Shown here: one piece after another, positions 30,302 to 39,848 of the stretch
Position numbering within the stretch: the stretch's first letter is position 1
Layout: each line of letters opens with the position of its first letter
Assembly: GCA_018303995.1 (NCBI GenBank)
Contig: JAGVXB010000013.1
Span: 27,490 to 91,489, forward strand
Source: Candidatus Pacearchaeota archaeon
GTDB lineage: Archaea > Nanobdellota > Nanobdellia > Pacearchaeales > GW2011-AR1
Direction: 5' to 3'
Length of the DNA stretch: 64,000 nt
The notes under the pieces: generated by a model
Databases searched by the model: none
What the model saw: the letters and a program-made list of their open reading frames with translations, nothing else
Told to the model about the DNA's origin: nothing
Made by a program: the position numbers and the translations under genes

Positions 30302-30811
30302 CTAAGGAACTCGTAAATGATTTGTGTCGTTAACAGTAGTCATTCTCCAAACTCCAGTGCTTCCAATATTTTGGCGCTGTAACACAGAAATGCTTCCAGG
30401 CCATAAAGAAAAGTGTCTTGTTGAATGCAAAGGCATACCAGTAAGTCTACTTATGACTGCTCTATGTATACCATCCCCCAGAGCAACAACACTATCTTTC
30501 CCATTTTTAACCACTTCATCAATAAATAAATTAATATATTCCAGATTTTCAACATCTGCTTCAGTAAGATTTCCCTCAATTACAGATTTCTTAACCTCTA
30601 CAAATCTCTCATCATGAAATATAGGAATTCCCAGCGACTTGCCTAATATCCCAGCACTCTGTCTTGAAACATCATGCCCATTGGCATATATCCTATCGGC
30701 CCTAAAGTGATCTATAACAAGCCGATTAACAAGCATATTGAGTTGCCAAATGCCGTTATCAGTTAAACTATTACCATCATTTTCCCCAGGATGAATAAAA
30801 TAAATTTTCAT
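30302..30811 (-). CDS. Histidine-phosphatase-fold protein, degenerate active site
   Basis: YFIHPGE (for RHGE), LTDNGIWQ, DERFVE, NDTNHL. Confidence 0.75.
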   Translation of the reverse strand: MKIYFIHPGENDGNSLTDNGIWQLNMLVNRLVIDHFRADRIYANGHDVSRQSAGILGKSLGIPIFHDERFVEVKKSVIEGNLTEADVENLEYINLFIDEVVKNGKDSVVALGDGIHRAVISRLTGMPLHSTRHFSLWPGSISVLQRQNIGSTGVWRMTTVNDTNHLRVP

Positions 30812-30870
30812 GTTTAATTTCCAATATCAAGAAGCAATAAAATAAAAACTAGTTTTTAAACTAACTGTTT

Positions 30871-33330
30871 TTAAACAACATAAATCGCAGGTCTTCCAGG
30901 CTTAGCTTTCCCACCCTTATTCTCAGGGTCAAACTTCATTTTATCATTAACAGCAAAAACAGAAACCTCAATCCCTAACCTTTTAGACAAAGCATCTATA
31001 TTAAATAAAACAACCTCATTAGGAATGGCATAAAGATAAACATGTGAGGCCATTTTACCTTCTTTCTCTTTAACAATCTTCAAAATATTCTGTATATCAG
31101 AAATAGTTTTTTCGAAACTCTCCTCAGCTTTATCAATCGAATCATTAATCTTACTTTCATCAGCAACAGGCCAATTAGATATAGAAATCAAAGTCTTAGA
31201 ATCAATAAATTTATTCCAAAGCTCTTCAGCAATATGGGGCGCAAAAACACTAAGTAACTTCAAAAAGTTCCCAAAATCATATTTGCTAATCTCTTCTTCA
31301 AAAGAATCAAACAAAGCACGCAATTTAATCACGGCGATATTATAATTAATACTCTTAATTTCTTTTGAAATCTCGATAATTCCCTTGTTCATCTTATGCT
31401 CGACACGAGAACTAGATTTACCAAAATTCACAGAATGAGCATAATTCCAAACTTTCTGAACAAACCGATGCATAGATTCAACACCTGTAGAACTCCAAGA
31501 GAAATCCTTATCTGGAGAAGCCACACTCATAAGAAACAATCTTAATGTATCTGAGCCATATTTTTTAGTAGTGTCTAGAGGATCTATGACATTTCCTCGT
31601 GATTTAGACATTACAGCCCCATCTTCTCCATGAAGCATTCCTTGATTAAATAATCTAGTAAATGGTTCGCTAATCGTAACATATCCTAAATCGCGTAATG
31701 CCTTAGTAAAAAAACGAGCATAAATCAAATGCATACAAGCATGTTCAGCTCCCCCACTGTAAAAATCAACAGGCATCCAACGCGAAACATCTTCAGGAGA
31801 CAAAGGACGTTTAGTATTTCCAGGGTCCGTGAATCTTAAATAATACCAGCTACTATCCATAAAAGTGTCCATAGTATCTGTCTCGCGTTTTCCAATTTTC
31901 CCACACTTAGGACATTTAACATTCAAAAATTTATCATTAGTAAGAAGAGGATTTCCTTTTCCAAATTCCACTTTCTGGGGCAACAACACAGGCAATTCTT
32001 TCCCAGAAACAGGTACAGCACCACAATCATCGCAATAAATTATAGGAATAGGTGTCCCCCAATATCTCTGCCTAGATATTAACCAATCACGTAATTTATA
32101 CTGCGTAACAAAACGACCAAGCTTCTTAGATTCAAGAGCCTTAACAATATGTTGCTTAGCCTCATCATTCTTCAAACCATTAAATTCAGACGAATTAACT
32201 AAATTACCCCAATCTGTATAAGCTCCATTTTTCCAATCATAATCTTTAGGACATCCTATGACCTGTTTTATCTCTAACCCATACTTCTTAGCAAACTCAA
32301 AATCCCTAGCATCATGGGCAGGCACAGCCATAACAACGCCCGAGCCATAATCAGCAACTACAAAATTACCCGTCCAAATAGGAATCTTCTTTCCAGTTAA
32401 AGGATGAATTGCATAAGAGCCAGTAAACACTCCTTCTTTTTCCATTTTATCGGCATCTTCCTGTTTGGTTGATTTAATTTTCTTCAAGAAAGTATCAACA
32501 TTTTTCTTATTCTCTTTAGTAACTAACTCCCCTAAACGAGAATGCTGAGCAGAAATAACTAAAAAAGTAACTCCAAATAAAGTATCAATTCTAGTTGTAA
32601 AAACAGGCCATTTTTCATTATTAATTGAAAACATAACTTCAGCACCTTCGCTCTTTCCAATCCAATTTCTCTGCATCGCCTTTATGCGCTCAGGCCAATC
32701 AAGAACATCGACATCTTTCAAAAGCTCTTCAGCATACTTAGTCGTTTTAACAAACCACTGCTCCAAATTTTTAATAATAACATTAGTATCTTTATGTCTC
32801 CAACACTTTCCATCATGTACTTGCTCATTAGCAAGCACACTATCACACTTAACGCAATAATTAACTCCGGACGCTTTACGATAAACAAGCCCTTTTTTTA
32901 AAAACTCTAAAAAGAAATACTGATTCCATTTATAATATTCAGGATCATGACTTTGAATGACACGGCTCCAATCATAGCTAATTCCTAAAGTTCGCAACTG
33001 AGTGACAAATCTCTTTATGGCAGTATCTGTATACTTTTGCGGATGCACTCCTTCTTTTATAGCTGCATTTTCAGCAGGCAATCCAAAACTATCAAAACCC
33101 ATAGGATGAAGCACAGAACAACCATTCATTCTCATGAAACGCGCTAAAATATCTGGAATAACATACTGAAAAGCATGTCCCATATGAAGCCCGTTAGCAC
33201 TAGGGTAAGGATACATTGCAAGTGCATAATACTTAAGCTTCTTACTATCCTCTTTAACCTCGAATACCTTCGCTTTTTCCCACTCTTTCTGCCACTTTCT
33301 ATCTATTGAGTTAAAATTAACAGATTTCAT
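30871..33330 (-). CDS. leuS: Leucine--tRNA ligase (bacterial-type core)
   Basis: PYPSANGLHMGH, VFTTRIDT, DWLISRQRYWG, MSKS. Confidence 0.97.
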   Translation of the reverse strand: MKSVNFNSIDRKWQKEWEKAKVFEVKEDSKKLKYYALAMYPYPSANGLHMGHAFQYVIPDILARFMRMNGCSVLHPMGFDSFGLPAENAAIKEGVHPQKYTDTAIKRFVTQLRTLGISYDWSRVIQSHDPEYYKWNQYFFLEFLKKGLVYRKASGVNYCVKCDSVLANEQVHDGKCWRHKDTNVIIKNLEQWFVKTTKYAEELLKDVDVLDWPERIKAMQRNWIGKSEGAEVMFSINNEKWPVFTTRIDTLFGVTFLVISAQHSRLGELVTKENKKNVDTFLKKIKSTKQEDADKMEKEGVFTGSYAIHPLTGKKIPIWTGNFVVADYGSGVVMAVPAHDARDFEFAKKYGLEIKQVIGCPKDYDWKNGAYTDWGNLVNSSEFNGLKNDEAKQHIVKALESKKLGRFVTQYKLRDWLISRQRYWGTPIPIIYCDDCGAVPVSGKELPVLLPQKVEFGKGNPLLTNDKFLNVKCPKCGKIGKRETDTMDTFMDSSWYYLRFTDPGNTKRPLSPEDVSRWMPVDFYSGGAEHACMHLIYARFFTKALRDLGYVTISEPFTRLFNQGMLHGEDGAVMSKSRGNVIDPLDTTKKYGSDTLRLFLMSVASPDKDFSWSSTGVESMHRFVQKVWNYAHSVNFGKSSSRVEHKMNKGIIEISKEIKSINYNIAVIKLRALFDSFEEEISKYDFGNFLKLLSVFAPHIAEELWNKFIDSKTLISISNWPVADESKINDSIDKAEESFEKTISDIQNILKIVKEKEGKMASHVYLYAIPNEVVLFNIDALSKRLGIEVSVFAVNDKMKFDPENKGGKAKPGRPAIYVV

Positions 33331-33382
33331 ACCAGCATCTAAAAAAGCATGAATTTAAAACTTTCCAACAACTAAAAAAGAC

Positions 33383-34366
33383 ATGAAAAAGAGCAACCCC
33401 TCATTATCTAAACAATTAACTAAAATAATGGAAACCAAATTCTTGACTGTAAAAAAAGACCAGAAAGTTTCAGAAGTTTACCAGTTATTGAAAAAAAAAT
33501 CAAATTTATTTGAAGTAATGGATTACATTTACGTTATAGAAAAAAACAACGAACTCATCGGAGTATTTTCAATAAAAGATCTTTTTAGATTTCATTCAAA
33601 TACCCCAGTTCAAAGATTCATGCAAACCAAAGTAATAACTGTATCTGCCAAAACAGAAATAGAAAGAGTAGCGCATATAGCTCTAAGGCATGGAATAAAA
33701 GCAGTTCCAGTTGTAGAAGGAAAAAAGATAACTGGCGTAGTCTCAAACAAAGATATTATTCAAATATTAAATAACTCGTTAAGAAAAGATACATTTCACC
33801 TTGCAGGTATCCACCATTCTCATTTAGAATATGAAAACACTATGGACGTTCCAGTAATGAAAAGCGTCATTCACAGAGCTCCATGGTTAATAAGTGGATT
33901 AATAGGAATCTTAGCAATAGCTGCATTTATAGGAATTTTTGAAAACACATTAAAAGAAAATTTAATTTTAGCATCCTTCATCCCAGTAATAGTCTATATC
34001 TGTGGAGCACTATGCACTCAAATAGAAGCCCTGTTAGTGAGAGATATTGCTGTAATGGGCAAAGACCTCAAGATAGTAAAATACATACTAAAACAAGGAA
34101 CAATAAGTGCAATTATTGCTTTAGTAATAAGCACATTATTATTCTTAACAATCACATTCTTCTGGCAAGACAATAATATCGCCTCGGTAATAAGTTTAGC
34201 AGCATTTTTATCGTTAACGTTAACAACCTTAGTGTCATTTACAATTATTTTAGGAATAAAGAAATTAGGTGGCGACCCCGCATTAGGAGGAGGCCCATTC
34301 GGAACGGTAATGTCTGACTCTCTTTCAATAATAGTTTATCTTCTCGTAGCAAATTGGTTGTTATAA
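33383..34366 (+). CDS. mgtE: MgtE-like magnesium transporter (CBS pair + TM domain)
   Basis: CBS domains, RAPWL, DPALGGGP...MSD. Confidence 0.85.
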   Translation: MKKSNPSLSKQLTKIMETKFLTVKKDQKVSEVYQLLKKKSNLFEVMDYIYVIEKNNELIGVFSIKDLFRFHSNTPVQRFMQTKVITVSAKTEIERVAHIALRHGIKAVPVVEGKKITGVVSNKDIIQILNNSLRKDTFHLAGIHHSHLEYENTMDVPVMKSVIHRAPWLISGLIGILAIAAFIGIFENTLKENLILASFIPVIVYICGALCTQIEALLVRDIAVMGKDLKIVKYILKQGTISAIIALVISTLLFLTITFFWQDNNIASVISLAAFLSLTLTTLVSFTIILGIKKLGGDPALGGGPFGTVMSDSLSIIVYLLVANWLL

Positions 34367-34401
34367 GGTAAGCTTAAATATAAAAAAACCTTATATAAAG
34401 A

Positions 34402-34914
34402 ATGATAACTGCACACATATCAAGCGAGAAAATACATTCTACTTCTCCAGAAGCATTTGACTTATTTGAAAAATCCAGATTCGGAGAAAAAGTCAGAGAC
34501 AGAATAGAATATTCATGGGTAGAAGCTCTTTTCCTAAATATAAAAAAGAAACTCACTTTAAACCACAAATCAAAAGAAATTAGCTTCGACAAAGCAATCC
34601 AAATAGCAAAAAAGCAAGACAAAAGAATAGAAACAAAACTCACCTTATTTGAAAACCTAAGAGAAAAAGGCTATGTAGTAAAAACAGCCCTAAAGTTCGG
34701 AGCAGACTTTAGAATTTACAAAAAAGGCACCCAACCAGGTCAAGACCATGCACTATGGCTAGCCTATGCAGTAAGAGAATCAGAACCGCACACATGGCAT
34801 GATTTCGCGGCAAAAAACAGAGTAGCACACTCAACAAAAAAGAATCTCCTTATAGGCATAGTCGATGACGAAAATGATGTTCTATATTATGAAATCAGCT
34901 GGCTCAAGCCCTGA
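34402..34914 (+). CDS. endA: tRNA-intron endonuclease
   Basis: KTALKFGADFRIY, DHA, RVAHSTKK (Y/H/K triad). Confidence 0.93.
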   Translation: MITAHISSEKIHSTSPEAFDLFEKSRFGEKVRDRIEYSWVEALFLNIKKKLTLNHKSKEISFDKAIQIAKKQDKRIETKLTLFENLREKGYVVKTALKFGADFRIYKKGTQPGQDHALWLAYAVRESEPHTWHDFAAKNRVAHSTKKNLLIGIVDDENDVLYYEISWLKP

Positions 34915-35673
34915 CTACCTTTTACCTATGCTCCAAAGCATATTAAAGTATTCCAAAAAACTCTGCGCAACATCTCTAGATTTAATATAAATAGAAGTTA
35001 TCTCATTTCCAAAAATAATAATTACAGTTCTATCTTTGTAAACATTAATTGCTACAGGGGAAGTATGCTCGAGATACCTAGTTTCTGTTCCAGAATATTT
35101 CTTTTGAGAGTATAATTCTTTAGTTGATTTTCGTTGCACCTCGTTAAATAACATCTTCGTTTTAATTCCCTTCTCTTGCCTCATAACATGAATCTTCTCA
35201 AAAAAACCTTGTACTATCTCCTCATCAGAACCCCTAGTACCGCCAATAACATAGCAAGTATCTCCTTTTTTCATCATCTCGACCTGTTCTCTAAATATAA
35301 CTTCTAACCCTCTTAAGCCACTTAATAATTCCACTTCTTGTTCTTTCTTTGATGAATTAAATCTCAACATCAATTGAGGCAAAATAGAATTAGCATCATT
35401 TTCCATACCTAAAATTTTGCTCTTCTTCTCTTCAATATAATTCAAAATTTGTGATGGATTAGTGGGCTTAAAATGTTTAATCCCATCTTTAAGATAAATA
35501 GAAACAAGCCCTTTATTTTGTAATTTTTGAAGTAATTCATACACTTTAGAACCTGCAACTTTAGACTTATTTACTATATCGCCCCTAGTAGAATCTCCCA
35601 AATCGAGTAGTGCAAGATAAACATTTTTTTCAGATTCGGACAAGCCGATTTCATTCAAAAACAAAGTATTCAT
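34915..35673 (-). CDS. TrmB-family transcriptional regulator
   Basis: GLSESEKNVYLALL...SKVYELLQKLQNKGLV; C-terminal PLD-like fold ending YFNMLW. Confidence 0.88.
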   Translation of the reverse strand: MNTLFLNEIGLSESEKNVYLALLDLGDSTRGDIVNKSKVAGSKVYELLQKLQNKGLVSIYLKDGIKHFKPTNPSQILNYIEEKKSKILGMENDANSILPQLMLRFNSSKKEQEVELLSGLRGLEVIFREQVEMMKKGDTCYVIGGTRGSDEEIVQGFFEKIHVMRQEKGIKTKMLFNEVQRKSTKELYSQKKYSGTETRYLEHTSPVAINVYKDRTVIIIFGNEITSIYIKSRDVAQSFLEYFNMLWSIGKR

Positions 35674-35758
35674 AGGTACCCTAAGGGGGGAACTAATATT
35701 TAAGTATATTCGAAAGATAAAACAACTATAAAGTAGTTACAAAGCTACACACAAACAA

Positions 35759-36532
35759 ATGGAAAAAAAATCAGTATATGAAAGAAAGGAAAGAGAAGAA
35801 GATATTTACAGCTTCTGGCTCAGAAACGCCAATGAACGGCAAGTCCTAGAGAAAGCCCTCGATGACAGATTTCGTGAATGGTATAAAAAAACAGATAGTT
35901 CTCCTTTAAGAATAATAGATATGGGATGCGGAAGAGGTTCAGCAGCAATAAAATTACTTAATATCTTAAAAAGAAGGGGAATAAGCTATCAATATACTGG
36001 AATTGACCCATCTCCAAATCAGATAAGTATGTTTAAAGTAAATATGAGGGGAAGACCTAACGTAAGAGCATATTGTTCTACACTAGAAGAATTTACATCA
36101 AAAGATTCTTTTGATATAGCATTTGTAGTACATTCATTATACTATGTACAAAATATGACAGAATCATTAAAACAAATATTGGCCCTTTCAAAAAATGCAA
36201 TCATTGTACATCATGGAGAAAGGGGAATTAATGAAGTTCATAAAAGATTTAAGCCCCATGTAAGAAAAGGACCACATATCATCAGCACCCACGAAGACGT
36301 AACTAAAGCATTAGACAAACTTGAAATTAGATACGCAAAAAGAGTCTATCCTACAAAAACAAAAACTGCTTCTTGTAATGACCCTAAAAATTCAGAAGGT
36401 AGAAACATGATAAAATTCTTTTTAGAACAACCAACATTACCTGAGTCTACAATAGAACAAGTAAGCAAATATTTTGCAAAAAGAAAATTAGATTACCTAA
36501 CTCATGACATGGGACTAATAATAACAAAATGA
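35759..36532 (+). CDS. Class I SAM-dependent methyltransferase
   Basis: IIDMGCGRG, GIDPS, HSLYYV. Confidence 0.88.
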   Translation: MEKKSVYERKEREEDIYSFWLRNANERQVLEKALDDRFREWYKKTDSSPLRIIDMGCGRGSAAIKLLNILKRRGISYQYTGIDPSPNQISMFKVNMRGRPNVRAYCSTLEEFTSKDSFDIAFVVHSLYYVQNMTESLKQILALSKNAIIVHHGERGINEVHKRFKPHVRKGPHIISTHEDVTKALDKLEIRYAKRVYPTKTKTASCNDPKNSEGRNMIKFFLEQPTLPESTIEQVSKYFAKRKLDYLTHDMGLIITK

Positions 36533-37065
36533 GCTTCCCAAATTTAATAAAAGCTATAAAAGAAGCGCAACAAATCAATTGCAATAATTACAAATTCAAT
36601 AAATATTCATTTGGTGAAGAAGGAACTTTCCTAACTTATGAGATTATAAAAGAAATAAAGGAAGGACTATTATCTATTTGTAACAAATTTAACCCAGATT
36701 ACATTGTTTCAACAGAGCCTGGAGGTCATTTATGGGGATTGTTAATTGCATCTGAAATAGGAAAACCAATTAATATAATAAGAAGCACTAATAATAAATT
36801 GACTTTAAATAAAAACATCCGCAGACAAAGAACTGGATACTGTATAAGAAAATTATATTTCGACAATTTCCGTGAAGGAGATTCTGTGATTATTGTAGAA
36901 GATGTAATCGGAACAGGGTCTACGCTAAAGTTAATAATTGACACATTAAAAAGCAAAGGAGTTAAAATCCAAGCAGCTTTATCAATATTAAGAAAGGGCA
37001 TAGATAAATTAGATATCAAATATAAAATACCTATCCTTTCAATAATTGACCTTAGAAACAAATAA
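36529..37065 (+). CDS. Type I phosphoribosyltransferase (adenine/purine PRT-like)
   Basis: PRPP motif VIIVEDVIGTGSTL; ATGA overlap with the MTase. Confidence 0.88.
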   Translation: MSFPNLIKAIKEAQQINCNNYKFNKYSFGEEGTFLTYEIIKEIKEGLLSICNKFNPDYIVSTEPGGHLWGLLIASEIGKPINIIRSTNNKLTLNKNIRRQRTGYCIRKLYFDNFREGDSVIIVEDVIGTGSTLKLIIDTLKSKGVKIQAALSILRKGIDKLDIKYKIPILSIIDLRNK

Positions 37066-37098
37066 TGTTTAAACCCTAAAACTATTTAAAACCTTAAA

Positions 37099-38229
37099 TT
37101 ATTTTTTACAAGCAACCCTATATTGTGATATTCTCTCAAGAGTAGAATCTATTCCTCTTTCTAGATTTTGGTGCCAAGGTTGTGTTTTGGTATGAATAAT
37201 TAACAAGTCTTTTATTTGTTCTCTACTTATTGATCTTGGAATATCTTGAATAAAATTTCTAATTTTTTCTTTCTGATGCCTTCCAGGTAGGCAATTATAA
37301 GAAGTTATATCTGAATAAATTCTATGTATTGCTCTTAAGCTTTCACCACCTAAAAATTCTTCGTTCCCTAAAACTTCATAAAATGGCTTAATATAATCAA
37401 CATCTTGAACTCTTCTTAAATCATTAACAACCATGCATAATCTTTCAAGTCCGACAGCTACAAGAGATACTCCAAAATTAGCCTCTTCAATATCTAGAAT
37501 ATTTTTAGGATTATATAGACCTGAAAATCGAGGTTTCCAAAGAATATATTCTATTGTTCCAACATCTAACCGTTTTCCTGAATCAGTTCCAATATTAATC
37601 TCATTACGATATCCCCATGGCATACTGTATGGCATACTGTATGGCATACTGGTGCGCAAGAACGGACAGAGAAATGTATCGCGTGAAAGATCAGGTAAAA
37701 TGTTTCTTTCAGGAATGCCTGCATTCAAAAAGGCATTTTTAGATAGAGAATCCTCTGGAATTAAAAAATCAAAAGGATATTTTCCTTGCGTAATCTCTTT
37801 AATGCATCCGCCTTTTGCATAGCTGGGATAGACGCTTTCTTTGGGAATTCCAACTGCTTCCAAAAATCTAATCAGATTGTCAATTTGCCCCTCCTGTAGT
37901 TTTTTATAATCTGGTCTTTTCACTAGACTCAAAATACCAGTCAAGTCTGCGATTTCAAAAACGCCGAGATACTTCCATGAATCCTGTGTTCCTAAACGCG
38001 GTAAGTCTTCAGGTCTTACACAACTTTGAACAGTAGAAAAAATATAATTGTGGTCAAAGTCAACATACCTCCCATATTCTTTCAACCAAGGATCTTCCGT
38101 AAAACTGAGATTGAATGTTCCAGGAAAACCTGGGGTGATAAGGGGAGCTCTTTCTATTTTAACACAACCTTCATGTTTTGGCCAATTTTCAACCAAGTTC
38201 CTTAAATCTTGATATTTCATTTTCTTCAA
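37099..38229 (-). CDS. Divergent AlaRS catalytic-domain paralog (class II aaRS-like, no editing domain)
   Basis: Co-linear with alaS in this window: VQSCVRPED ~ [15 protein letters not shown] ~ FFEMLG, GIPERNI ~ GIPKERI, VGLERL ~ GGVERT, ESLRAI ~ DHIKAS. Confidence 0.8.
   Translation of the reverse strand: MKKMKYQDLRNLVENWPKHEGCVKIERAPLITPGFPGTFNLSFTEDPWLKEYGRYVDFDHNYIFSTVQSCVRPEDLPRLGTQDSWKYLGVFEIADLTGILSLVKRPDYKKLQEGQIDNLIRFLEAVGIPKESVYPSYAKGGCIKEITQGKYPFDFLIPEDSLSKNAFLNAGIPERNILPDLSRDTFLCPFLRTSMPYSMPYSMPWGYRNEINIGTDSGKRLDVGTIEYILWKPRFSGLYNPKNILDIEEANFGVSLVAVGLERLCMVVNDLRRVQDVDYIKPFYEVLGNEEFLGGESLRAIHRIYSDITSYNCLPGRHQKEKIRNFIQDIPRSISREQIKDLLIIHTKTQPWHQNLERGIDSTLERISQYRVACKK
37617..37651. 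repeat. In-frame 12-bp tandem repeat (atggcatactgt x ~2.9; SMPY-SMPY-SMPW)
   Basis: Directly visible in the sequence. Confidence 0.9.
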
Positions 38230-38232
38230 TTA

Positions 38233-38610
38233 TTATAGCAAAGAAGTCGAACAACACTCTCTAACATAAATTGCATAACTCGTAATTCTTTTAGGTTTAA
38301 ATTCATGTATATGGTATTCATACCCATAATAATAGAATCCATCTTCATACCCTCCACTAGAAGAATGACCCGAACGTGAATGATAATTACAATCAAAAAT
38401 CATAGCCATTTTATCTAAGTTTTTTTTAACCTCTAGTTGTGATTGTGCCTCAATAGAAGATGAAACTAGCACTTCCAATCTTTTATTTTCAGGATCAATA
38501 CTTACTTCGTCACTAATTAAATTTAAGATAGCTACAGCTACCTCAACTTCTGTTCCCATACCATTTTCAGTTTCCATTTTAATCACTAAAAAGTTATCTT
38601 GAATATCCAT
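38233..38610 (-). CDS. Hypothetical protein co-oriented upstream of the AlaRS paralog
   Basis: ORF; 3-nt gap to the next gene. Confidence 0.6.
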   Translation of the reverse strand: MDIQDNFLVIKMETENGMGTEVEVAVAILNLISDEVSIDPENKRLEVLVSSSIEAQSQLEVKKNLDKMAMIFDCNYHSRSGHSSSGGYEDGFYYYGYEYHIHEFKPKRITSYAIYVRECCSTSLL

Positions 38611-38624
38611 ATTTAAGATTATGG

Positions 38625-38640
38625 TGTAAAATAATTTACA
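38625..38640. promoter_or_regulatory. Inverted repeat TGTAAA-ataa-TTTACA, candidate TrmB operator in a divergent promoter
   Basis: Perfect 6-bp arms between divergent starts 38610 and 38683. Confidence 0.45.
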
Positions 38641-38682
38641 ACAAAAGCGAACCTTTAAATAATCAGAAAAATAGAAAAAGAA

Positions 38683-39426
38683 ATGGACTTAGAGTTACAA
38701 CTACAAAGAATAGGATTAGGAAAGCAAGAAGCTTCAGTATATTTAGCAAGTTTAAAATTAGGATTGGCAAAAGCCAGTGAAATAGCTCAAAAGTCTAGAA
38801 TTAAAAGAGAAGCATGTTATTATGTTCTTAATTCTCTACAAGAAAAAGGGTTTATCAGCGAGGTCATAAAATCTGGAGTCAAGCATTACAGTGCAATACA
38901 GCCTAAAAGAATCTTGGAAATAATCGAGGAGGAAAAAGATGAGAAAAAACAGACCATTAATGAAATATTAAACGAATTAGATTCTTTACAACAGAGTGCT
39001 CTTACACATCCCAAAATAGAGATATATGAAAGCATTGAAGGATTAAAAAATGTATTTTCACTGCTTATTCAACAAAAAAACCAAATAATCTGTAGTTATG
39101 TGCCCTCTAATATTATTGAACTACTTCCTTTTTTCAGTCTACAGTTCAGACACAAAAGAAAAGAAAATAACGTATATCTCAAAGTTATTACGGAAGAAAG
39201 CACTATTACTAAAGAGCTTAAGAAAAAAGACAAAGAGGAACTAAGAGAAATTAGATTTAATGATTCTATTGTAAAGGGAATGAACACAGCAATATACATA
39301 CAAGAAAGAGCTCTAATAATAATCAAAGCAAATAAAAAAGAACAAATTGGCATATATATTAATCAAGAAGATATAGCAAAATTACAATGTAAAATCTTTG
39401 ATAAAATATGGAAAGAATCTTCATAG
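38683..39426 (+). CDS. TrmB-family transcriptional regulator
   Basis: GLGKQEASVYLASL...CYYVLNSLQEKGFI; PKIEIYESIEG; IFDKIW. Confidence 0.88.
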   Translation: MDLELQLQRIGLGKQEASVYLASLKLGLAKASEIAQKSRIKREACYYVLNSLQEKGFISEVIKSGVKHYSAIQPKRILEIIEEEKDEKKQTINEILNELDSLQQSALTHPKIEIYESIEGLKNVFSLLIQQKNQIICSYVPSNIIELLPFFSLQFRHKRKENNVYLKVITEESTITKELKKKDKEELREIRFNDSIVKGMNTAIYIQERALIIIKANKKEQIGIYINQEDIAKLQCKIFDKIWKESS

Positions 39427-39445
39427 CTTCAATCTCGAAAAGCCT

Positions 39446-39769
39446 TTAAATAGGAAAAGAAAAACCATTGACTTTAAACATTGTCTGTATTATATGAGTA
39501 GTAAGTATTGCTACTCCAAAAGCAATTCTCAAAGAACGAGTAAACTGTTTTCTATACCTATCGTTCTTATGCTCCCAAATTCTATAAGCTCCTTCAAAAA
39601 TCAAGAAAAAAGACGCTAAAAAAGCTAAAACATCTATGGTTATAGGATCCAAATAACTTGCATTTGAACTAATGTCTTGCTGACCTTTCAGTTGAACCAC
39701 AGTTACAAAGCCTATAGTAATCAATGAAATCAAAACAGTATACAAAATAGTCCTCTCAAAATTCTTCAT
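39446..39769 (-). CDS. Hypothetical three-TM membrane protein
   Basis: Hydrophobic segments. Confidence 0.65.
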   Translation of the reverse strand: MKNFERTILYTVLISLITIGFVTVVQLKGQQDISSNASYLDPITIDVLAFLASFFLIFEGAYRIWEHKNDRYRKQFTRSLRIAFGVAILTTHIIQTMFKVNGFSFPI

Positions 39770-39848
39770 AAATCATAAAACAAGAATGCATATAAAAACA
39801 TACTCATTTTAATAGTAATCTTTATAACAACCACCCCTATTACTTAAC

